Below, one piece after another: positions 54,559 through 64,000 of a stretch of DNA of 64,000 nt. Below the pieces are notes generated by a model. The model was not told the DNA's origin, did not search any database, and saw only the letters and a list, made by a program, of their open reading frames with translations. Source of the stretch: Octopus vulgaris. Lineage: Eukaryota. Each line of letters opens with the position of its first letter. Within the stretch, counting starts at the first letter, position 1. The stretch is taken from assembly GCA_951406725.2 (NCBI GenBank), contig OX597836.1, positions 868,001 to 932,000 of the forward strand. Direction: 5' to 3'. The translations under genes and the position numbers were made by a program.

Positions 54559-55991
54559 GTGAGCCCGGGAGGGATGTATAACGAATGAGCTTCATATCAT
54601 AAAAAGCGAAGGTAAAGCGCCGTCTGTCAAAAGCCGTCCGGGGGTTTTAACAGACATTTCGATATTTGCATAAACTCCTCGCGTTGCATACAGAGCACAT
54701 GAATTGACGAGCCAACAGATGGCGAGACTCAGGTCTGCTGCACACCGAATTTAACAAGTACAACATAGCTACACCTCTTTCACCAGCACAAATCAAAAAT
54801 GCTTCTAACTTCTCGTCCTCTTCCCATATTTCTCACCAAACATCACTTTTTGCCTCTTCTCCACTTTAACGCCTTTTCGCTTTCTCTCTTTATTTCCGTG
54901 TTTATGGACGTGGCTCTGTCTGCCTATCTGTCTGTCTGTCTGTCTGTCTCTCTTCTTCTTCTGTCTGCCTGTACTTTTATCTGTTTGTTTTACATTTGTT
55001 TAACAAAACATGCAATTTGCTCCATATATAGTTTTAAATTGCAATTGTTGGCCCAGCAATTTCATATTAACTGAGAGAGAAAGAGAGAGAGATAGAGAGA
55101 GAGAGATAGGGGGAGGGAGGGACGGAGAAAGGGAAAGGAATAGGAAAAAGTCTTACTACAGCGGCATTTGTATGAGATTTTGAATAAGCAAAATATTCAG
55201 AGTTGGAGACTTCACTCGTAGATGTTGCGCTTCTTGAGGGAAATTTCTGAGTGGAAGCCTGTTAGGATATTCTTCGTGTAACGGCAGCGTCTGTAGAAAA
55301 TACTGTTATGGCAGTTCTGCCTTTTGAAAAGGACTCTGCAAATATTTGGCTTTAAACAAATAATTACAAAGACCTTAATTTTTTTGAATTGAAGCCATTT
55401 TTGTTTTGTTATAATATCGAAATCTTTTCCGCCAAGCAATAATTTCCAGCTGGATTTGTGTCAGCCGTTACTATGTTTGTAAGCAGGCACAAATGCCAGA
55501 AGGTACCAAATCATATGAAAAGCTCTGTCGCAAGTTTTCTTCAAGCTCCAAATCTATCTCGGAAGTGGAGGTGAAAATCACTCGTTTAAGTTGACGAACG
55601 AATGTCTGAGAGAAGTCATACGTCTTAAAATCAATGGTAAGATTTTGGTTGAGAGCCACCATTCATCTCTAACTTGGCACGGCTTACAGGAGAAACGGCA
55701 AGGCCGTTCCCCTTCAACATGCAGTTATAGGAGTTCATACAGTTTGAAATGTGTTCAGAGATGGCCTTATTGTTGTGAGACAGATGTTTTGCGTTAATGA
55801 AAGAGACGACGATATTTTTCCAGCAACAGAAAGAGACTTAAAGAGTGTCTATTCAAATAGCGCTTCCGAACAGTTTCCGTCTACTAAATTCTCTTCACAA
55901 GATATGGATCGACCCAATACTAATATTAAAAAAAACAACAACGATTTATCGAAGGCGCCAAGTAGTGGTATTGAGCCCAGAATCCTATTAC

Positions 55992-56087
<96 letters not shown>

Positions 56088-56596
56088 TGTGTGTATTTTA
56101 TATGTATGCCTACAGATTTATGTGAGAGAATTCGGAACACTATTCAGTGCGTGTGATCTCATATAAAATGACATGTATCAGACTTTATACGTTTCCAACA
56201 TCATCTTAATTCGAACCCTGAATGCTTTTGTACCAGAAATTGTACGGAAGATTTACATTGATCTTAGAGTACAGCATATGATTGATCCATTCCAACGGAT
56301 CTTACCAATCTATTTCGTTCGAGCTCAAGTTGCAGAGAGCAGCCCAAATGTTTCCTCCCAGTCACTCTGATAAGGGCCAGGTTAGCTAATTCCCTATTTA
56401 TATGTTTTCCTATGCGAAATCGATCGGTAAGATCAGCTGAAATGAATCTATAATTCTTGTTCACTAAATTAATATTCCCATTCTAAGGACAAATATACGA
56501 GTGCCTGTTTCTCGTGGGACTAATGGGGTTTTAAACTATACATACACAAACATACCTGTATATATACACATACTATGCATATACACATATGCGCAT

Positions 56597-56638
<42 letters not shown>

Positions 56639-56738
56639 GGTGGGGTGGGAGAGAGAGAGATGTAAATAAAAAGTCTGATAGATTAATGTATGCATAGATA
56701 ATATACTCACACCACCTTTCGTCATGATCTTCAACAAC

Positions 56739-56781
<43 letters not shown>

Positions 56782-56921
56782 ACACACGATATTCATTATA
56801 ATCACCTACACAGGTTATTCTGGAATATATTATGATAATTAATATTCCAGTACGTTCGGCAAATCTTAACACGACATTTAGGTGTGCCTGTATACATGTG
56901 TAAAATACTATGTATTTATAG

Positions 56922-56969
<48 letters not shown>

Positions 56970-57795
56970 GTATTGTTGTGGTTATTTCTGAAATGTATAT
57001 ACATATACGCATACATATGTAGCTGTGTATTCCACTCTACGGACCTCAAGTATGGTAGAAATAACAGTAATATTCCTTCAAGTCACACCCTACTTACTTA
57101 ACAACGAAGACAAAACATACAAGAAGTGACCGTTTAGTATGAGCGAAATGCCTTTCACCTTCTCTCGGCTTAACCGGAACTGATCTGGGCTTAAACAACG
57201 ACATTATACGGAAATAGGCAATATATATATATATATGCAATATCTATCCCGCTATCTTTCAATGTCGAACTATATACATATGCTTCCTCTCTCTCTCTCT
57301 TCCTCTCACCAACACATTTATTTGAAAACGTCAGAAAGACTACGAGCATAAACTCCGTTTACGTTTCTGTGTCAAACATATTAAAACTGCGAATTTACCG
57401 TTTCCCAATCCATAGGAACTTATCTTCATGCATTGACCTTTATTCTGTCTACACACATAGATATGCGTATATATGCATGTTTGCATGCATTCCCCACATA
57501 AATTACTGTGCGTGTGTGTTTGTGTATATAAATACATATGCACACATAAAATTCCATGTAATTTCGTTTGAAGAGAACTAATTTAATGTGACCAATTTTG
57601 TTGTGAAGGAAATTTATGTCGCTAGGGATATTAGTAGACAGGCCAAATATTTTTATCGATATATTTGGGAGAAAAAGTAAAATAGGTTCATAGGAATTTG
57701 TAAGGCTCACTACATACTTTGCAGATAGAAAGAAGATAGATAGGTGGATAGAAATGGATAATCTTATAGCAAATGAGATGGAATTGATAGCAACA

Positions 57796-57834
<39 letters not shown>

Positions 57835-59084
57835 GTGTGTGGTGTTTACATTGCAAATAGTTTTGCCAAAGTAAAGCTTTTCAACAAACGTGGGTTCCAC
57901 CATTCCATTTTGATTCTTTAAAAGGAGCAGAAGAAATTATTGTGATTGGTGATCGATTACTTGACATCGGCAAGCGTCATATTAAGGGCAACTTTGGAAG
58001 TTTTCTTTTATCATTATGCTTAACATCATGAACGATGGCATGCGATAATTGTAATTTAACTTCGATCAAATTTCTTTTTGCTTAAATGAAATGGTAAAAC
58101 GATTATTAATTTTCGAAAGGAAACTTAAAAATTAATTTATAACCTAAAAATTAATTTATGTGTACATAGGTGTGTTTATACAAGTATGTATGCATGCATG
58201 TATATCAGCCAATATATGCGGATGTATGTTTGTGTATGCGTGCGTATATATGTTAACATATTTGCTTGTCTTCGTATTTACACACACACACATTTCTGAG
58301 TGTGTCTGTTTATTCTTACTTAATGTGAACATATTTCACTGTTTGCATATGAAATATTCAAGTTTTTTGGTCTCTATAAAACTTACCATTGTTTTATATT
58401 CCGAAATGCTTCAATACATTTTCAATTAATGATTCTCGACTCACCATTTTCATTGTTTTTCACGTATCTTTTCAAATATGATATGCTTTAATTTCTTCTA
58501 AAATACGTTTAAGCTCAACTGCCTCCCTCCTCTCTGTCTCTACCTATCACTGCTCGCCTACTCTATCTTCTCCACCTATCCTCTTTTCCCCTTAATTCCT
58601 CCTCCTCCTCTCCCTTCGCTGTTTCTCCTCTAATCATCACCTTCTTCTCTGCCCTCTTTCCCTTTTACATTCTCTAACGTTTATTTCTGCTATATTTTTA
58701 TTCTCTGTTTCATTTTACTATTCTGAACTGATGCGCCTTCACACCTCTCTTTGTTTAACTACTCTGTCGTCTTCTCTCTCTTTTCCTCTATCATTATGAT
58801 CTTTTTCTCTCACTGTATGTGCGTGTTGCGTTCTTAACTCCTTACCTGCCACCAAGCTAAGTATGTGCATTCAGTCTGCATTATGCTAACTTTTTCTGTG
58901 TTTCTCTTTCTTCTTCTATATCTATGTAAAGCGTGACTGGAAGAATTAACCAACTAACCAACCAACCTTTATATCAGCTGTTACTGTAGAGACGTGCACT
59001 TTCGTTAGCTGTTGCGTTCGCAGGATTTCTGTGTGTATGCGTTTAAGTGGCTCGATAATCGTATGTATGTGTGTATGCATGTCA

Positions 59085-59190
59085 TTATTCAGTTTTATTT
59101 CAAGATTTCTTGCCAATAGAGAAAGAGCCGGTTTCTAACCCAGACTCAAGGTTTCTTCATTGGAATTTCAGCATCAACAGGATATTTTTG
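59085..59190 (+). repeat. Repeat family G copy
   Basis: ttcagttttatttcaagatttcttgccaatagagaaagagccggtttctaacc, embedded in (TATG)n. Confidence 0.45.
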
Positions 59191-59644
59191 TATGTATGTA
59201 TGTAGGTGTGCAGATTTGTATGTTTTGTTCTATGTATATATTCTCATGCCTGTTGCTGCATGTCTAGACATGCTGTATGTATGTGTAAGTGTGCCTGGTT
59301 CTCGATCCTGAGACTCCAAGACAACGGTTGAATTAGCCCCGCATTGCTTCACACGAGGAGGTAACTTCTTAAACGCATATGAAATGTCGTCACACGAAAT
59401 CCGAAAAACACGTTTTACTTCGCTCCTTCAAACAATACTACTGTGCACTTTAATGAGTAATACCGCCAGAGTGACCCGACCTATATAAATGAAGATATTG
59501 TAATTCAATACGTTCGATTATTTACCATAAAAGTGCTTAAAAAATAAATTCCTTTTTCTGTTAATAAATTCGTACATTCAAGGTCATAAAATCATTTTAA
59601 CACTCACAGATGGGCGCACGAAAGCATTTTCAAAGTCTCCCTCC

Positions 59645-59684
<40 letters not shown>

Positions 59685-60155
59685 TACAAACACACACACA
59701 CAAACACACACTTATCAACGCAGGCGTAAACATCCACAAACACAACGACCAAAACAAACAACAACGAAGTCAATAATGCTATTCAAGCTGATACACAGAC
59801 ACACATGCGTATGGGTCCCAACGGACGCACAGAAACACAAATACACATGTTTCATGAAACGAATACGCGACCAAAGAAACCTCACAACAACCAATGAAAA
59901 GAGATGTCTCAGGAGTGGAATATTCTCCTGCGTCCAAACGTCACGGCTCGGCCCATTACATTGTTACGAGGTAGGATAGGAAGAAAGGAGAACTAAAGTT
60001 ATCCTACTTCCCATGAAGTACCATGCTATGTCGAAACTAACTGTTGTAACAGAAAGGTAGAATATATATTCAGCTATTAATAAAATGTACAGAGTACTTT
60101 GCAAATTAGGACTAAGATCTCTTTTGCTTAATAATGTTCGTAATTCACCCCCTCC

Positions 60156-60214
<59 letters not shown>

Positions 60215-60535
60215 TATATAGGCTGCTCAACAACTCAGTAGAAGTATGTTTCTCTGCGTGTGTGTTGAGGTGGGAGTGGGAGAAAAGCAGGTGAGGAGGG
60301 GTGGTGTGAGTTAGACAATTAGGATATTAGGTAGTTAAGCAGGTTTGCGCTCGGTTAGGTAGTAGCTGAGTGGAAGGGGGCGGGCAGGGGGAACTATACA
60401 TGTATGTGTATATTTGGATGTGGGGTGGGTTTCGGGGTAGTTCCGAGAATTATCTGCTTCACGTCAGCTTGGCTAATTCTTTAGCATGCATCGCATACAT
60501 ATTTTGTTCTTCTGCCTGTCTGTCTTTCTACACAC

Positions 60536-60573
<38 letters not shown>

Positions 60574-60824
60574 TATATATATATTTATATATATATAATG
60601 TTATGTGTCTGTATTTCCCTCTTTCTATCTCCGTATATTTTCGTCTACTTGTTTGCGCCTCTATCTTTAACCGGCTTTACATATGTGTGTCATACGTGTG
60701 TGTGTGTGTGTGTGTGTAATATTTTTGCTTTAACTCTCATGGTTTAGAAAGCGTGGCTAGAGATTCTGTTAAGCACAAAAGTGCCCCAAGGCAGTTGTAG
60801 AGTTTGATATTTGAATGCCTGTAG

Positions 60825-60847
60825 CTACTTCCTTGTCATGGGATCAA
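60825..60847 (+). CDS. Predicted 23-nt microexon, coding exon 3 ((G)YFLVMGS(T))
   Basis: aaTGCctgTAG acceptor, CAA|GTAAGT donor, phase 2 to 1, codons TAC TTC CTT GTC ATG GGA TCA. Confidence 0.5.
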
Positions 60848-61286
60848 GTAAGTATCCTTCAGGGGTTTACACACAGCAACCCTTAATAAACTTTATGCAG
60901 CAGTTTTGGGAAGTAAAAGAGAAGCTGTGTCCAATTCGGGACATTAGCGTGAATCACAGCAGTGAAATATCTACGGGCACTTGATACGTGTGTGCGTGCG
61001 TGTGCATAAGTGTGTGTGTGTGTTTGTGCGTAAACAAAAACGAGCCAAGAGAAATAGCTCCAAGTGGCCGGTGGCATGTACTTAAGATAAATACCAGAAT
61101 ATCAAATAGCGCACAGCAAAAATTTTTCATTTCTTAAAATTATCTCCGCGTTTAGAAGATGTTTCCTAATTACCAAAAAGCAATTACGTCCGGCTCCACT
61201 TGAGAAAAGGAGATAATCTCAACGTCTAAGAATCCTCCATCTGTAGGCATTTATATCCCCCACCCCACCCCGCCCACAAATATATT

Positions 61287-61482
61287 GATTTCAAATTTTG
61301 GCACAAGGTCAACAATTTCTTTGGCTGGGGTATGTCGATTACATCAACCCCCAGTGCTCAACTGGTACTTAGGTTATCGTTCCCGAATGGATAAAAGGCA
61401 AAACGGGCTTCGGCGGAATTTGAATTCAGAAAGTGAAGACCGACGAAATATACGGTTTGCTAACGATTCTGCCAGCGGCCGC
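61287..61482 (-). mobile_element. SINE family B
   Basis: gtcgattacatcaacccccagtgctcaactggtactt...cggcggaatttgaattcaga...gctaacgattctgccagc. Confidence 0.8.
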
Positions 61483-61672
61483 CACAAAATATTTAAAGAC
61501 CTTTTGTAATTCTAGGTAGAGATTGAAACCGTTGCTTCTCCATTAAGTTTGTACTAACCAACATATTCACCCACAAGACCACCAAAGCACTTTCCCACTC
61601 ACAAATATATATTACCAGGTGGATCTACGTTATGACCGCATCTGCCCTTACATCTGTGTTATGTATTCACAG

Positions 61673-61787
61673 CTCAGAAGACTTATCCTCATTCTGATGT
61701 CTACGTACAATATGATGGACGGTACATCGCTGGAGTACATTACTTCCAGCAATTTGGACTATCCTACCTATTGGTGCATATCTACAA
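61673..61787 (+). CDS. Coding exon 4 (115 nt): TQKTYPHSDVYVQYDGRYIAGVHYFQQFGLSYLLVHIY(N)
   Basis: tattcaCAG acceptor, CAA|GTATGT donor, non-repetitive, open frame rich in RNY codons, phase 1 to 2. Confidence 0.65.
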
Positions 61788-61992
61788 GTATGTGAACTGA
61801 ACCAGCGTATGGTAACTGGCCTACAACTAAGTAGACGGTGCCCAATCGGGGTGCCCAATCGGGGTAGCCTCGCAAAGTTAGATTCAGTTACATATACACT
61901 AACTCACCTGTTCTACTCTCAGACAACTGAGTTCTGTTGTTGGTCACTCACAACACTCCTACAAATTAACAAAGGACAAATTGTGGCCAAAA

Positions 61993-62075
61993 GCATGGCC
62001 ATGTAGTTAGGAAGTTCGTTCATCAGCCAACTGGTGCGGGTTCAATCCCACTGCGCAACACTCTGGGTCGATTAA
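61993..62075 (+). mobile_element. SINE family A 5' head fragment
   Basis: tggccatgtagttaggaagttcg...gggttcaatcccactgcg. Confidence 0.55.
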
Positions 62076-62451
62076 AGACACGTGAATGAGATCTGAACTT
62101 GTCGTAGGGACTCGAAACTATTCTTCGATGTTAGACTCATTCTGTCAGCCGGTTTCGATCCCTTGTCTTTTAAATTTTCCGGATTGGGAGGTAAATATAA
62201 CTCCTGTCTAGATAACAGGCTGAGGCTTTTTATTTGTCTGTCTGTCTCGTATCTATCTATCTATCTATCTATCTATACACGATCCCTATTGATCGTTTTT
62301 CTTTTCCTTTTTACTTTCTTTTCTTTCCCTTTTACGATCCCTTTTGATCAAAAACCTACCCCACCATTTTTCTTCTCTCCCACAAAAAGAAAAGCTCTAC
62401 TTTGTAATCTGTCCCGTCTGTGTGCAGCCCTGTGTGACTAATAAAGAAACA

Positions 62452-62509
<58 letters not shown>

Positions 62510-62514
62510 ACTAT

Positions 62515-62681
62515 TCTTTATTGCAGTGATTGGACTACAACCATGCCGAGTCGTCGCCCAGAAGGGATAAGTCGAAGAAATAGGCCGCCATACTTATTTA
62601 TCTCAAAGTCTACTTATTTTCGGGGACGTAGATAAACCAGCACTGGTTGTCAAGTGATGGTGGAGGAAAACACAAAGGCAG

Positions 62682-62685
<4 letters not shown>
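62515..62685 (-). mobile_element. SINE family A 3' fragment
   Basis: cggggacgtagataaaccagcactggttgtcaag. Confidence 0.65.
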
Positions 62686-62737
<52 letters not shown>

Positions 62738-63878
62738 GTAGATAAAATGTTTTTAAATTCATACAAACAACAAAAATCGACCGAAAAGGGATTGAATGTA
62801 AGTGAAGCATTTAATATTCCATTTCGATTGGTCGCAGTCGTATTTCATTTGAACTTTTTAATAAACCGAGAGCAACGAATCCAATTTATGAACTCAGATC
62901 CCACAAAACACACACACACACACACAGACACACACACACTTCTCTATTCGGGGATATCCTGCACATTCTCTGCCCACCATATCCCACCTATAAGCTTTTA
63001 GTCAACATACATTTATTTATATAAATTACTTTGTTACATAAATACCACGCTATTATCTACATGTTCGTGTGTGTGTGTGTGTGTGCTGTGTGTGTGTGCT
63101 GTGTACTCGTGTGCATCCATTAAGATAGTTGGAGGTGTGACCTCGTCAACAATAGTTGGAAGTTTATTACTTGGTGCAGGGCGAAGCACTTTGCATTAAA
63201 CACACGCACACACACACACACACACACAAATGCATACGCCCGCGCACACATATACACATGTATATGTGCGCGTGCATGAGTCTACATGTGAATGCATGTG
63301 TGCGCTCGAGCTTATTGTCCGATTCTTGGCCTTAATGTCAGTCAGCCATTGTGTTTTCGCCACCCAGATCAAACATGAAACACTTGAATCCGTCAACCCT
63401 CTTCACCTGTCTCTATTTCAATCTCTTTCTTTCAGTCAGTCAGCCTCTCTCTCCCTCTCTCCCTCTCTCTCTCATACTCTCCTATACACACTTGCACTCA
63501 TTCATAAAGAACACAAAGCAGAAAGTTGAAGAAAATAATGGAAAATAATGGAAAATAAAACGTTTTTGTCGGGTATAAGAAACACACTTAACACCCTAAA
63601 TATTTACTCAAAAGCTCTCACAAAGCATAAACCACTTCATTTGTTTGGTCCAAGCGTTTTGTTATTGTATCTTTGTATTTTCTATTATATTTCTTCTTTA
63701 AACTCGTCTCTGTTCAACTTCTGTCAATTTTATTTCACTCTCACGCGCTTCATTCGTTCTCGACGTCAATTCTCTCCTCTTTCGTTTCCGCTTTCTTTCA
63801 CTATCGTTTTCAAGGTTTATCTCTCTTTACCCCCCCCACCTCCCCCTCTCATTTGCGCTGTTCTCTCTCTTTGCGAAG

Positions 63879-63921
63879 CCAAGCTGGTGGCAGTGACAAT
63901 GTTCTTGCTATTGTTGTTTAG
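63879..63921 (+). CDS. Terminal coding exon 5: (N)QAGGSDNVLAIVV-stop
   Basis: First AG after a pyrimidine tract (ttctctctctttgcgAAG). Phase-2 entry gives CAA GCT GGT GGC AGT GAC AAT GTT CTT GCT ATT GTT GTT TAG, a strong RNY codon pattern. Confidence 0.6.
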
Positions 63922-64000
63922 CTCGAGTCCCTCCTATTACTGCAAGACCTTTTATCGACTGAATTCCGACGGTAACCAGCCCGTCTCTTATTCAAACACA

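Noticed and set aside
55190-55760. Complex block with short minus-strand ORFs (e.g. FSQTFVRQLKRVIFTSTSEIDLELEENL)
   Set aside because: Possibly a decayed retroelement, but no diagnostic motif could be identified.

Overview
AT-rich eukaryotic non-coding DNA saturated with microsatellites ((CA)n, (TA)n, (GA)n, (TAGA)n, (CATA)n). It also carries several interspersed tRNA-headed SINE-like families whose sequences I recall as typical of Octopus genomes; that taxon call is inference, not checked. Nearly all ORFs in the supplied track are microsatellite translation artefacts. Transposon fossils include a candidate solo LTR, a CR1/L2-type LINE RT fragment and a Tc1/mariner transposase C-terminus. Most interesting observations: (1) A hand-assembled + strand split gene at about 52.5-63.9 kb with a TATA box and five coding exons of 12, 2, 23, 115 and 43 nt. 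It encodes an unrecognised 64-aa Tyr/Val/Gly-rich protein, and its best model needs a 2-nt microexon. (2) A consensus recursive-splice-type site (polypyrimidine-CAG|GTAAGT) on the - strand at 28085/28086, suggesting the window lies in a very long intron. (3) A tRNA-headed short element carrying a Penelope-type minimal hammerhead ribozyme. (4) Several foldback or inverted repeats that would form long dsRNA. All gene models come from reading the sequence and need RNA-seq confirmation.
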